From a virus: 64,000 bases of DNA. The position numbers and the translations under genes were made by a program. Where the stretch lies: the IMG/VR virus record IMGVR_UViG_3300024262_000015, positions 64,001 to 128,000 of that record; one strand, 5' to 3'. Numbering within the stretch: position 1 is the stretch's first letter; each line of letters starts with the position of its first letter. The notes under the pieces were generated by a model. The model ran no database searches and was not told the origin of the DNA. It saw nothing but the letters and a program-made list of their open reading frames with translations. Below are positions 1 to 10,013 of the stretch, piece after piece.

Positions 1-128
1 ATCACGAACGAGAAAAATTGTTTGCAGAATTTTTAGTACAAGAAAACCTTTTAACTAAAGAAGAAGCAAAACAAATCTCTCTAGCAGCCAGACCCCCTCC
101 GTTTGCTCCTAAAAGCCAAAGAAGATAA
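1..128 (+). CDS. 3' end of a hypothetical protein entering from upstream of the window
   Basis: Frame open from position 3 (HEREKLFAEFLVQENLLTKEEAKQI...) to TAA at 126-128. Confidence 0.6.
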   Translation, partial: HEREKLFAEFLVQENLLTKEEAKQISLAARPPPFAPKSQRR

Positions 129-131
129 ATG

Positions 132-400
132 TTATTTTAACCTAGCCAATTTCTTTCGCTCTGTCCAAGACATTCTTTCCCCCGTTTCATATCCCAACGC
201 TTTAAGCTCTAAATATTTTTCATGCTTCCGGGTTAAATAAACATTAGCATCCTTGTAGATCCAATGAAGAAATTTATAGGCTTGATGATTGCTTGTTTTC
301 TATGAACATTAACTATCGTCCCTATCTTAGAAATAGAAGTTCCCTTGTTATATTCCTATATGATGATGTGCTTGGTATTTTCTGACATTCATAGGAAATC
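132..400 (-). pseudogene. Degraded LAGLIDADG-type homing endonuclease remnant
   Basis: Minus strand reads QAYKFLHWIYKDANVYLTRKHEKY, typical of LAGLIDADG C-termini. Upstream the frame hits TAG, and an HTH-like EYNKGTSISKIG lies in another frame. Confidence 0.5.
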
Positions 401-491
401 TTAGCATGTTTTTGAATGCTTACAAAATCTTATACAGGACTTAAATGAAAAATCGAAAACCTCAACAATATCAAGGAGTTATATCCTAAAA

Positions 492-1172
492 TTGGTACAA
501 ACAGGTTACGGGTTACCCATGAGTTGGCCTGTAGACCCTAATTCAACCTTTCAACCAGGCCAAATAGCACAACTGGGAGCGCTAGGTAATAACATCGTCT
601 GTGGTGTTTCTGATGGTACGGCTCCTATTGGTATTATAGATGATATCAAAACAAAGGCCTTCACCGCTCCCTCAATTAATGAGGTTGTCATTGCTCCCGC
701 TATTGGTGAACGTAGAGACGGCCAAATCGTTTCTATCCATGACGTTAATGCTCTATTAAAGAACTCTAATATCACAGCATCAAGCTTCATTAGCGACCCC
801 GTAAGTGTAGAATTGGTCCCTAAAAATGGAGTCATCATCTTTCCTGCTGGTACCCCTCTAAACTTTTCTCTAGAAGGAACCGGTAACTTCGACTCTATTC
901 GAACCGTTGTTAACTACACCTATCAAGTCCCCAACGTGCCTGGTGATGATACAACCCAAGCGTCTGGCCATGTAACAGTCTGGTTTCAACGTATGATCTT
1001 TCAAACCGATCAGTATGAAACCAATCAACGTTATGCTCTAGGAGATAACGTGTTTGTTAATGAATCCGGACTCCTAACTAGCAGACAGGTAAGCGCTATT
1101 AATCCTGGAGTTGGGCTTATTACTGGCCCTCCCACGAGTCCTTTTAGTATGATAGAGTGCTTGTGGTTGTGA
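492..1172 (+). CDS. Putative capsid decoration/cement-like protein (paralog of 3610 and 10372 ORFs)
   Basis: 226 aa ORF. Shares PIGIIDD / TVW..F.TD..E / Y..GD..F blocks with the ORF directly upstream of MCP. Start may be ATC at 483. Confidence 0.55.
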   Translation: MVQTGYGLPMSWPVDPNSTFQPGQIAQLGALGNNIVCGVSDGTAPIGIIDDIKTKAFTAPSINEVVIAPAIGERRDGQIVSIHDVNALLKNSNITASSFISDPVSVELVPKNGVIIFPAGTPLNFSLEGTGNFDSIRTVVNYTYQVPNVPGDDTTQASGHVTVWFQRMIFQTDQYETNQRYALGDNVFVNESGLLTSRQVSAINPGVGLITGPPTSPFSMIECLWL

Positions 1173-1284
1173 TTACTCCACTCCCTACAAGGCCATTTTG
1201 GAACTTAGAGGTAGCTGCCTGCTGGTCATACAAATAAAAGCTTTTAAAATTTGCTAAACGCTGCTCTGGTGTTATAGTAAAGAT

Positions 1285-2406
1285 ATGTTCATTTATAAAG
1301 TTACACATAAGGTAAGTAAAAGAGTTTATGTTGGCCAAGCTATTGATGTGAAAAAGCGTTGGGGTGAACATAAAACCAAGGCTCGTGCTGTTTTGCGAGG
1401 GGATAAGACTATTGAAAATAAAGATATTCAAAAATTTCATGTTGCCTTAGCTAAAGAGGGTTTAGAGAATTTTGTATTTGAAATTATCGAGCCTGTTAAG
1501 AGTCGTAACTTAGCAAATGAACGAGAGGCTTATTGGATGGGGTTTTATAGAGCCTCAACCGAAGGATATAATGGAAGTCCCCGAGTTTGTGGGTTAGAAA
1601 AACATTCGGAAAAAACACTTCAGCTACTAAAAAGCAATTGGGCCAAAGATCATCCTCCAGAATCCATAGAAAAAACGGCCGAAGCAAATCGCGGGAGGAT
1701 AATGACCGATGAGCAAAAACGAAAAATCTCAGAAGCCAACAAAGGCAATCAAAATTGTTTAGGAACCAAGCAATCTCAAGAAACAATTAATAAACGCCGA
1801 ATTGTACAAGCCAAAAATTATGGTCCTAAGCTATGTTCTGCTCCGGACTGTGAGAGAACGGATGGTTTCAAGGTCAAAAGCGAAACCTTTTACTGTCAAA
1901 TGCATGCGGCCCGATTGAGGCTGCATGGGTCTTTGGAAGAACCTATTCGTCCGTCTCCTCCAAACAAAGGGGTGCCGATGTCTGAGGAGACTAAGAGAAA
2001 GGTTTCAGAAGGTCGTAAAGGAAAATGTATGGGTGAAGCAAATCCTTTTTATGGAAAGAAGCATGACCCTGAAACAATGGAAAGAATTCGGCAGCATAGT
2101 TTAGGAAAAGAGCCGCCCAATAAAATTAAGTTTACCCCGGAGCAAGAAAAAGAAATTGCTCATGACAAACGAAGCATGCATGTAGTAGCCAAGGAATGGG
2201 GAGTAAGTCATCGTGTAATATCTCGTTTAAGGAAGGAGCATGGTATCTCTGGGCGTTTGGATAGAAGAATATTTAGCAAGGAAGAGCGAGAGAAAATAGC
2301 TTTAGATCCTCGGATACTTAGAGAGGTAGCTAAGGATTGGGGAGTGAGTCGGGATACAATTAGATCAGTTAAAAAAGAGCATAAACAGCTACTTAATCAT
2401 GTGTAA
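1285..2406 (+). CDS. Free-standing GIY-YIG homing endonuclease with NUMOD3-like repeats and HTH tail
   Basis: FIY...VYVGQ...RWGEH...E...GYN catalytic motifs. Repeats HSEKT, MTDEQKRKISEA, MSEETKRKVSE, GEANPFYGKKH. Two C-terminal VAKEWGVS/VAKDWGVS HTH units. Confidence 0.9.
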   Translation: MFIYKVTHKVSKRVYVGQAIDVKKRWGEHKTKARAVLRGDKTIENKDIQKFHVALAKEGLENFVFEIIEPVKSRNLANEREAYWMGFYRASTEGYNGSPRVCGLEKHSEKTLQLLKSNWAKDHPPESIEKTAEANRGRIMTDEQKRKISEANKGNQNCLGTKQSQETINKRRIVQAKNYGPKLCSAPDCERTDGFKVKSETFYCQMHAARLRLHGSLEEPIRPSPPNKGVPMSEETKRKVSEGRKGKCMGEANPFYGKKHDPETMERIRQHSLGKEPPNKIKFTPEQEKEIAHDKRSMHVVAKEWGVSHRVISRLRKEHGISGRLDRRIFSKEEREKIALDPRILREVAKDWGVSRDTIRSVKKEHKQLLNHV

Positions 2407-2445
2407 GAAGGTGTTCCAAAATTAAGCATATTTTCGAGTTAAAAT

Positions 2446-2688
2446 ATGGATTCAGTAATAAAATATGCTGCTGTTTATAAAACTGCTGTTGAAGAAGAGT
2501 TTAGCTTTGAAGAGGTCAAAGAAGAGGAACCTGAAGGGCTTGACGAAGAATCTTCTAAAGTTATAAGTGCATTAGAACACTTTTCTCCTCGTCAATTAGC
2601 TCTTCATTCAAGTCATGAAAGCCCTTTAGTTAGGGCGGCGGTTATTCCCTACTTAACTCTTGAAGGAGTTTTTAGTGTTAAGAGATGA
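2446..2688 (+). CDS. HEAT-like repeat protein, N-terminal part (KxA motifs)
   Basis: 80 aa ORF with HESPLVRAAVI HEAT-like unit. Overlaps the next ORF in the +1 frame. Confidence 0.55.
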   Translation: MDSVIKYAAVYKTAVEEEFSFEEVKEEEPEGLDEESSKVISALEHFSPRQLALHSSHESPLVRAAVIPYLTLEGVFSVKR

Positions 2689-2995
2689 AGAAGATCCAAT
2701 AGTATTTGAAGCTATAGCTGCGCGTCCAGAAAAAGAAGTTGTAAGGTCTTTAATACATCCTCGTCTTAAAAGGTTGTTTTTCCCTGAGATAATGGACACG
2801 CTCATTGAGGTTCATGGCCCAGAGTTAAAAAAAATAGAGATTTCACATATTCTTAGAAACCTTAAGCAGTATCCGGAAACACAATTAAAAGCTCTTCAAT
2901 ATATCCCGAAAGAACTGTATAAGGATATGGCTAAAGATAAAAGAACATTTTCTTATGAGATGAGGAAAGCTCTCCGAGAAATGGGTAGAAGCTAA
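2660..2995 (+). CDS. HEAT-like repeat protein, C-terminal part (frameshift continuation or GTG start at 2675)
   Basis: DEEDPIVFEAIA continues the repeat. AAGGAG lies 6 nt before GTG 2675. Confidence 0.55.
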   Translation: MKEFLVLRDEEDPIVFEAIAARPEKEVVRSLIHPRLKRLFFPEIMDTLIEVHGPELKKIEISHILRNLKQYPETQLKALQYIPKELYKDMAKDKRTFSYEMRKALREMGRS

Positions 2996-3582
2996 TCTTG
3001 CCACACCCGTTCTTTTTTAGGAGTAGAATCTAGCATTATTACTTTGCCCTTAGATCTTGGGGACGGGAGAAAATGAAACCATGCATATTCACAAGCATCC
3101 GTTCCTCCGTCTGTAAAGGACGGTCTATTAGGAAGAACATACATATCTGGCATATGATTTTTTAAAAAGTCATGACGCTTTTGAGACCCAAGAAAATTAA
3201 TTCTTAGTAGCATGATTGTATGAGGGGCTTGGGTTATGGCTTCTTTAATAAATTCTAGAGCATATCTATATGGGGGATTGGTAAAAATCACATCTGCCTT
3301 TGGTTTAGATGATACTTTTAGATAATCGGCTATTTGGTATTCATCAATGGAGCTTTCGAGTGAGTTGATATATTTATTTTGTATCTCTATTCCGGCTGTT
3401 GTGGCTTGAGGAGAGAACTTTTTAATGACAGATAGGAGATGACCACTACCCGCACAAGGGTCCAGGTAAGAGCCAGATGAGGGAAGGAACGGCATCTTTT
3501 CTAAAGCTCTACGGATGGCCCATGAAGGTGTGGGGTAATCGTCTAAGAACATACGGGGAGCGCCTCTTTGGGTTGCTGACAT
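2992..3582 (-). CDS. Orphan SAM-dependent DNA amino-methyltransferase (likely N6-adenine)
   Basis: Motif I LDPCAGSG, GIEI and motif IV TNPPY, with N-terminal DDYPTP. Confidence 0.85.
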   Translation of the reverse strand: MSATQRGAPRMFLDDYPTPSWAIRRALEKMPFLPSSGSYLDPCAGSGHLLSVIKKFSPQATTAGIEIQNKYINSLESSIDEYQIADYLKVSSKPKADVIFTNPPYRYALEFIKEAITQAPHTIMLLRINFLGSQKRHDFLKNHMPDMYVLPNRPSFTDGGTDACEYAWFHFLPSPRSKGKVIMLDSTPKKERVWQD

Positions 3583-3609
3583 AGGGGAGAGCTTAGCAGG
3601 GAGTTAATA

Positions 3610-3996
3610 GTGTTTCAAGTAAGAGAAGCGACCGGAAAGCCATCACGTTATTTCCCTCACCCAGATTATGATTTTAAGGCGGGGTCTCCAGTTTCTATAG
3701 ATGATAATGGGTTAGTGGTACCTTGCTTATCTAATTCTCCTATAGGAATAATAGGAGGCGATTGTGATAGTGGTATGTATTCAATATCGCCTGAAAATTT
3801 TGTATATGTTTGGACTTGTAGGATCTTATTTGATACGGACAATATAGAGGATGGGGCTTATTTTAGTGGAGATTTGTTATATATAAAAGATGGTAAATTT
3901 ACTAGGATAATTCAGGGACCGGAGCTTTTAGCGGTAGGAAGAGTGGTTGTTGCTAATGAGGCTAAGTACCCTTGTATTACGGCGTTGGTGTTTTAA
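3610..3996 (+). CDS. Short paralog of the decoration-like protein
   Basis: PIGIIG, VWTCRILFDTDNIE and YFSGDLLY match blocks of the 492 ORF. Confidence 0.55.
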   Translation: MFQVREATGKPSRYFPHPDYDFKAGSPVSIDDNGLVVPCLSNSPIGIIGGDCDSGMYSISPENFVYVWTCRILFDTDNIEDGAYFSGDLLYIKDGKFTRIIQGPELLAVGRVVVANEAKYPCITALVF

Positions 3997-4064
3997 TTGG
4001 TTCTCTGTTACTAGAATAATATGTAAGGGAGGGATGATTACATCAATTTAAAGGATTTGTTCTT

Positions 4065-4379
4065 ATGGACATGGACAATCGTGCATTAATGGACTCAGAG
4101 ATTTTTCGAGCATTCGCAGCACACGAAGCCCAGAAAAAACGAGAAGAAGAGGAAGCCAAGGATCCATTTAAAGATCGAGTAGCTTCCGTGTGTGAAAAGG
4201 TAAAGGTAGTTGAGGCTTGGGTAGAGTTTGAGAAGAAGGTAAATTCTACTCCCTACTTGCTGTCATACTTTAAGAAAGCCAGGGCTACATTAGATGAGCA
4301 TCCCGAGCTTAGAGAAAAGGTTAATAAGAAATTTCTCATGGCTTTAGATTCATTAAATTTGGAGCAAGAAGATGAATAA
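4065..4379 (+). CDS. Hypothetical protein
   Basis: 104 aa ORF with AAGGA SD, overlapping the next start. Confidence 0.75.
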   Translation: MDMDNRALMDSEIFRAFAAHEAQKKREEEEAKDPFKDRVASVCEKVKVVEAWVEFEKKVNSTPYLLSYFKKARATLDEHPELREKVNKKFLMALDSLNLEQEDE

Positions 4380-7300
4380 ACGAGTAGAGGCAGCGGCACA
4401 AGAGCTAGTTCAAAAGAATAACGCTCGATTAAGCAATAAGCTTTATACTTTGGTATCTGGACTTAAAAAGAAAGGATATGTAAAAGAGGCTGCTGAATTA
4501 GAGCAAGCGGTTTTTAATTATAAGACATCTGAGATCCATCTTTACAATGTATTTGATCGGACCGGTGAAGATTTTTTGGAAGAAGCGTATCCTGATGGTG
4601 GGTATGATGTAGATCCAGAAAGTGAATACGGAAAATTTTATACTCCATTAGAACAGGCTCGAATAATGCGAGAGCTTGTTAGCAAGAGGCCTACTGGTAA
4701 TTTAAATCTTGTTGTTAAAAAAAAAGCTAGCTACATAAAAAAAGCTAGTAAAGAAGCTGAGTATGAAGCATGGGTAGAGGCAACAAGGGCGGCTCATAAG
4801 AACACCTCTTCTGATCCTTTTCCTGAGGAATTTTATCAAAATAATGTATTTAATAAAAAACGCCAATCTATGGGACTTTCTCCAATAAGCTTTGAAAAAG
4901 AAACGGAAGTAACTTCTCAGCCATCTAGTGAATCTAGTGATAGAGAAGTTACTTCTGAACAATTAACGAATATGCTAGCTGAAAATGCCAGAAAACTGTA
5001 TTCGGTTATCACTAAAGAAGGAGTTGAAACAGTAGACGATATCATCAAAGTTAAAAATTTTCTTACTCTATATTATGGTCTTGAAAAGGACGAGTGGACC
5101 GATACTCCAGTCGAATTGGCGGAACCGATTTTGGATGCGGCTATAGCAATAGAACATATAGGTATTCCCAACACCAGTACTGGTCTTAAAGAAATGAAAT
5201 CTGAAGTCAATCAGTGGTTTATGACCGATACTGACATGGATGATAATAAAATCAAAATCTGGGCAAGAAGTGTTAAAGAATGGTTAAGTGATAAAAACTT
5301 ATCTGCTGCACAGATTGAAAAGCTTGAAGAGGATATGGCGAAGATTGATGAGCAATCACGCTCGCTTAAATCTCTAACAGGCAACCCCACAAACAGTCCT
5401 GAATGGTGGCACAACGTCTCAGTAATGGTTAACAACTTAATAAAACAAATCAAAGATGTGGGCTCAATCTTTGATTCAAAAATTGATAACCCGCTAAAAA
5501 TCCTTAAAAATATGCAGACGGAACTTGCTAAGCAGACTACCAAAACCAAAATTCGTTCTATCCTCCCTTCTTCACAAACAACGCCTCTAAATACTGATTT
5601 TGTTGGAATTCCTTTGGCAGTTTATACAGAGCTTACGGGACTCGCAGATACATTAATAGATAACTGGGAGGCCGTTCGCGAACAAATTCAAAGTAATCAG
5701 GATTTGGCTCCAGCGCTTCGCGGAAGAAAAGCTCAAGCAGCGGCGGATAACAAAGCCTTGTGGACTATGTTTAAAGAGGCTTTTTCTCCATTTAATCAGG
5801 GCCAAAAATTCTTGGATTTTCGCTCGGCTGTAGCAGACCACGATAGGCTTCGTCCCTATGGGGACACTCATCTTTCATCTCCTACAGCAATTAGAACTTT
5901 AAGCGCTCTTTCTACAAACCTACTTGAACAAATGCGTAAAGATTACGGCGGGGGAAACCGTAAGCCCCTTCCAAAACCCGGACTTCAAGGATCAGCAAAA
6001 GATCCCGCTCAAGAGCCGGCGGACGAGAGCGTTTCTTTTTTTAATGAGGAAATGGGCTTTAATACTCCCGCTAACTGGGAACCTGGAGGTATAAAAAAAA
6101 AGGCTTTCCTAGAAACCGGCGATCCTCCCACTAGAGGCGCCTCCCCCTCTTCCTCTCAAAGAAGAGGTCCAAGGCGGGGTCCGGGAGTTATTTTACCTGA
6201 GGTAGAAGCTCTTCAACAAACCCTTGTATCATTAGCAAATTTCCTTGCTACAGAAGACGGGCTTAAAAGAGCAACCACATCTCGTGAATTAGGTGGTTTG
6301 GGAGTAGAGCCGAATGAAATAAACAGGGTTATAGCTCAACTTAAACTAGTAGGAAATGCTGACAAAAAATGGGGACCTAATACTAACAAGGGTGTAACAG
6401 GGCTTAAAGATCTTTATAATTTGGCGACTGGGAAAACCGCCGATATCCCTTCTAACATCCATTTTAGATCTACTACCAAACCAGAACTTTTAGAGCAGGT
6501 AAGTAAAGCTTTAGGTTACATAAAAGAAATAAGCAATGAACTTGGAGTAGGTAATATTGCCCAACGTCGTCAAACAGCTACTACCAGTTCTATAATAGAT
6601 AAAATTAATCCAGCCTACCAAACAGCTAACTTGGTTGATTGGGATGTGGCTGTTGGGGAGCCAAGAATAAATGTAATGAGAAAAGACATTTCTTCTTTAT
6701 CTAATTTTGTTAATTTCCTAAGAAATAATAAATGGATTAAGGGAGCGTCTTCTCCTGTAGAATTGGCTTTACTAAAAATGGGACAAGCCCCGATGCCTAG
6801 TGCTGATTATCCAGCAGTTCCAGAAATGGGAGGAGAAGCCTCTAAACCTAACCGCACACCTCAGGTTACTGTACTTCCCCCTGGGTCTCAACAGGCTTCT
6901 CAACAAAGAACTCAAACCAAAATAAAAGAGCAGGAACAGGCCAGACGAAACCAAACGCACACAGGATTTACATTTGGAGACATGACCAGAGCGCTTAAAC
7001 TATTCGTGGCTCGTGGTAGACAAAAAGGATATGGGCGGGAAATGCTTGCGCTCCAGAACCAATGGCTTACGGGTCTTAATAATCACTTTCCAAAATATGC
7101 GCTAGCTCGGCCACTGTTTATAGAAGACATTGCTTTGGTATCAACAGGTCCTCTCCCCGGTCAAGGAAGTCGCCAACAAATCCAACAAGGTCAACCAGTG
7201 GCGGCTCAACCAGGGGCTCCTCAAACAGGCCAGTTACCAGGGAGTCCAGATATCTTTGGTCCAATTTTAAACTTAGGGATGAACGTTGGAGGGGTTGATG

Positions 7301-7677
7301 TACCCTTTGCACATCCAGGTTTTGAAACATTAGTTAAATTTACTCAATTAAGAAATTGGACCAGTGGGCAAGACGCACCCACTATCCTATTCAACGCTTT
7401 AGCCCCGACGCAGATTAAACAACAGCTTCAACGGCCAAAGGTACCTATCGAGAGAAGACGACCTAATGAAATTTATACACCAATGGATTGGGTACGTAGG
7501 CTTACACAATACATGAGTCTTTATTTGCCAGAGCTATGGAAGGCCTGGTCTGAAGGGAAAACTCATGAGGAAATAATAAAAGAATCTTCAAAATATCGCA
7601 AATGGGCGATGGCGGTTCAATATATGCCCGGATATATTGATGACATTGTACAGTTCTACAAAGGTCGAACGTATTAG
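4372..7677 (+). CDS. Large putative internal head/ejection protein with a peptidoglycan-binding-like segment
   Basis: 1101 aa, helical. KKA motifs at domain borders. VEALQQTL...DKKWGPNT resembles PG_binding_1. Confidence 0.5.
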   Translation: MNKRVEAAAQELVQKNNARLSNKLYTLVSGLKKKGYVKEAAELEQAVFNYKTSEIHLYNVFDRTGEDFLEEAYPDGGYDVDPESEYGKFYTPLEQARIMRELVSKRPTGNLNLVVKKKASYIKKASKEAEYEAWVEATRAAHKNTSSDPFPEEFYQNNVFNKKRQSMGLSPISFEKETEVTSQPSSESSDREVTSEQLTNMLAENARKLYSVITKEGVETVDDIIKVKNFLTLYYGLEKDEWTDTPVELAEPILDAAIAIEHIGIPNTSTGLKEMKSEVNQWFMTDTDMDDNKIKIWARSVKEWLSDKNLSAAQIEKLEEDMAKIDEQSRSLKSLTGNPTNSPEWWHNVSVMVNNLIKQIKDVGSIFDSKIDNPLKILKNMQTELAKQTTKTKIRSILPSSQTTPLNTDFVGIPLAVYTELTGLADTLIDNWEAVREQIQSNQDLAPALRGRKAQAAADNKALWTMFKEAFSPFNQGQKFLDFRSAVADHDRLRPYGDTHLSSPTAIRTLSALSTNLLEQMRKDYGGGNRKPLPKPGLQGSAKDPAQEPADESVSFFNEEMGFNTPANWEPGGIKKKAFLETGDPPTRGASPSSSQRRGPRRGPGVILPEVEALQQTLVSLANFLATEDGLKRATTSRELGGLGVEPNEINRVIAQLKLVGNADKKWGPNTNKGVTGLKDLYNLATGKTADIPSNIHFRSTTKPELLEQVSKALGYIKEISNELGVGNIAQRRQTATTSSIIDKINPAYQTANLVDWDVAVGEPRINVMRKDISSLSNFVNFLRNNKWIKGASSPVELALLKMGQAPMPSADYPAVPEMGGEASKPNRTPQVTVLPPGSQQASQQRTQTKIKEQEQARRNQTHTGFTFGDMTRALKLFVARGRQKGYGREMLALQNQWLTGLNNHFPKYALARPLFIEDIALVSTGPLPGQGSRQQIQQGQPVAAQPGAPQTGQLPGSPDIFGPILNLGMNVGGVDVPFAHPGFETLVKFTQLRNWTSGQDAPTILFNALAPTQIKQQLQRPKVPIERRRPNEIYTPMDWVRRLTQYMSLYLPELWKAWSEGKTHEEIIKESSKYRKWAMAVQYMPGYIDDIVQFYKGRTY

Positions 7678-7683
7678 GGGCCA

Positions 7684-8682
7684 ATGGAGTATCTTTTAAA
7701 GTTTGCTGGATATGAGGCTATTCAATCTTCTGTAGAGTCTGCTGCTAAAGCCGCTGTAACAAGCGAAAGTCCGGCCGGTAGGGTTAATGAGACGATTAAC
7801 TTTTTGACCCCTGCCAACCTTTTTTCTAACGATTTAGTAAGCGGACTTGTATCTGCTCTTGATAAATCTGGAGTTCCCGTTTTATCCACAACCAATGCTG
7901 TTTTAGATAAAGTTCATAAAGGTTTAAAGGATAAAGGAACTATTTCAGACCAAGAATTAAAGAGCATGATTTATGGAGTAACAGGAGAGCCGCCTCAAAT
8001 AACCGAAGCCTTTTATCGTTCTGAGGCTTTTGAAAAGTTCGCTAAAAAACAACCCAAAGCTCCAAGCACTTCTGTTTTAGGAAGGGCTTTAAATTTTATC
8101 AACCCATTTAGTCGAAGTGGATTTCTCGGTGGACTTTTATTTGGTCTTATTAAATGGACGCTTATAGGTGCGGGGCTTTTGGCTGGTGGAGTTGTAGTTA
8201 AAAAGCTATGGGATATTCATAAAGATAAAGATAAAGATAAAGATAAAACCCCCTCTAATCCGCAAACTCCAACTTCTTCTTCTTCTTCTTCTTCTCAAAT
8301 TGGAGCGGTTGAGATTGATCTGCCTTTAGAAAAGAAACTACGTATTAAAGGAAACTGGCCAGGATCAAGCAACCCAACCTTTCCAGTAGAAAGCAGTTGG
8401 GGGACTGAGTATTTTGATAATGATGATAACGAGCTTTGGGTAGTAGCGCTCGACAAGCCGCTTCCACAACAGCTTTTAAGTTGGGCAAATCAAATTTATC
8501 CTCATACTCAATCGTTAAATAGCAAATTAAAGAATAGTCCAGCATTTAATAAAGTGGTTTCTATTATGAGAAAGGGCGTAAACCCTCATAATCCTAATAG
8601 GGTAATTGTTCCTATGGGTGCTCACTCTATTAAAGAAATTGTAGACATGTTTGTAGGAGAGGTTGAACACGATGAAGAGTAA
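7684..8682 (+). CDS. Putative internal head protein with a transmembrane-like segment
   Basis: 332 aa. LLKFA and FEKFA motifs. Hydrophobic GFLGGLLFGLIKWTLIGAGLLAGGVVV followed by a low-complexity linker. Confidence 0.55.
   Translation: MEYLLKFAGYEAIQSSVESAAKAAVTSESPAGRVNETINFLTPANLFSNDLVSGLVSALDKSGVPVLSTTNAVLDKVHKGLKDKGTISDQELKSMIYGVTGEPPQITEAFYRSEAFEKFAKKQPKAPSTSVLGRALNFINPFSRSGFLGGLLFGLIKWTLIGAGLLAGGVVVKKLWDIHKDKDKDKDKTPSNPQTPTSSSSSSSQIGAVEIDLPLEKKLRIKGNWPGSSNPTFPVESSWGTEYFDNDDNELWVVALDKPLPQQLLSWANQIYPHTQSLNSKLKNSPAFNKVVSIMRKGVNPHNPNRVIVPMGAHSIKEIVDMFVGEVEHDEE
8221..8295 (+). repeat. In-frame microsatellites (AAAGAT)4 and (TCT)7
   Basis: Encode the KDKDKDKDK and poly-Ser linker. Confidence 0.9.
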
Positions 8683-10012
8683 AATCTTTGATGAGTACGC
8701 AAAACTAGCAAGCGAGTTAGGATGGATTGCGGAGGCCAAAGATTCCCCAGAGGAAATTGAAGACCTTTATAATGTAAGGCCTAATGGGGATGAGGATGAC
8801 CGAACATTAATGGAAAAGGCTCATCCTAATGGAGGCTTGGTTGTATCTCCCGCGTATGATGCAGTTAATGGAATTGCAATGACCAATCCTGAGCAATCTA
8901 GCTTAATGGCTCAAATTGCTACCAACCCTCCTAACGGAAACTATACTCAGGTTCCTTGGATTCAACGTGGAGATGAGCTTAAAAGACTTCTTGTACGTAT
9001 GGCTTTCAAATTAGATTCTGAAAATGAAACCGAGCTAATGGCATTGGCCGATGAATGTTTAGGCGGTGTGGTTGTTAAAACCTCATCGTTTCAAAAAGAA
9101 GCTTCATGGATTGGAATGGGAGCAAGACTTCTCGGAGCAATTGTCCTCCCTGGAATCGCGAGCAAATTATTTGAAGCGCATGAAGAAGGACAAGTAGCTA
9201 AAGGAATTAAGTCTGATAGTAGAGCATCCGGAAGAGGGATGCGAGGAATGGACCGAAAAAACTACAGTGCTGCTAAAGGTGCCCAACGAGCGGCCATGAG
9301 CAGTGCAATGGGACGAGGGGCGGCGCTAGGGGGAACTATTCTTCTTCTCTATGGACTAGTTAATAACATCAATCCCGTATCTCAAGGAATTCTTAACGAC
9401 CTTGAGTTTGCTAAAGAAGAGCTTAAGGATGCTACTGATGATGTCCATACGCCTGCTATCTTAATAAAGATAATGGCCCGTATTACCAAGTACATGTCTT
9501 CAGTTAATAAATGGCTTTCAAAGAAACGAAAAATCCTAACTTTAACTATGAACATGAAAAATACTGTTCAGGAAAATAAGGATTCAGAAGCTAATGAGCT
9601 AAAAATAGAGGCGGCCGAATTTCAAAAAGAAACAGAGCTTTTCGTTGGCTTTATAGATCGAGCGTTGGAAATATTGAGCACTCTCGATAGAAAAGAATCG
9701 GATTGGATTAAAGAGTTCCGTCCCCTTAAAACTGTAGTTCGTTGGATTGAGCCCCACGATTTAGATGAAGCCATTGGAGCTTTACAAACCGCAAAAAAAT
9801 CTGCTGAAGAAATGGTAAAAGAGTTTAATGAGGTAAAAAAAGAAGTAGATACTGCGGTAGATACTGAAGCCGCTAAGGCATTAGAGTATCTAGACGATCC
9901 CATAGAAGCAGCAAATGATAACGCTACCCAACAAGCTAAAGCTGCTTCGGTTGAAAGGGATTGGAAAATGATGATCAAACAACAAATTTCTGGAAAGGTT
10001 TGGGAGATTTAG
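8672..10012 (+). CDS. Putative internal head/ejection protein
   Basis: Shares LYNV...E.A.P.GG with the 4372 ORF. KLA and KEA motifs, two hydrophobic helices, coiled-coil C-terminus. ATG 8672 has a GAGG SD (track start 8663). Confidence 0.55.
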   Translation: MKSKIFDEYAKLASELGWIAEAKDSPEEIEDLYNVRPNGDEDDRTLMEKAHPNGGLVVSPAYDAVNGIAMTNPEQSSLMAQIATNPPNGNYTQVPWIQRGDELKRLLVRMAFKLDSENETELMALADECLGGVVVKTSSFQKEASWIGMGARLLGAIVLPGIASKLFEAHEEGQVAKGIKSDSRASGRGMRGMDRKNYSAAKGAQRAAMSSAMGRGAALGGTILLLYGLVNNINPVSQGILNDLEFAKEELKDATDDVHTPAILIKIMARITKYMSSVNKWLSKKRKILTLTMNMKNTVQENKDSEANELKIEAAEFQKETELFVGFIDRALEILSTLDRKESDWIKEFRPLKTVVRWIEPHDLDEAIGALQTAKKSAEEMVKEFNEVKKEVDTAVDTEAAKALEYLDDPIEAANDNATQQAKAASVERDWKMMIKQQISGKVWEI

Positions 10013-10013
10013 A

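Noticed and set aside
1285-3582. GIY-YIG plus methyltransferase as a restriction-modification system
   Set aside because: The nuclease has NUMOD3/HTH homing-endonuclease architecture, and the genes are convergent and separated by unrelated ORFs
8221-8295. Microsatellites as phase-variation switches
   Set aside because: Units of 6 and 3 nt keep the frame, so only linker length would change
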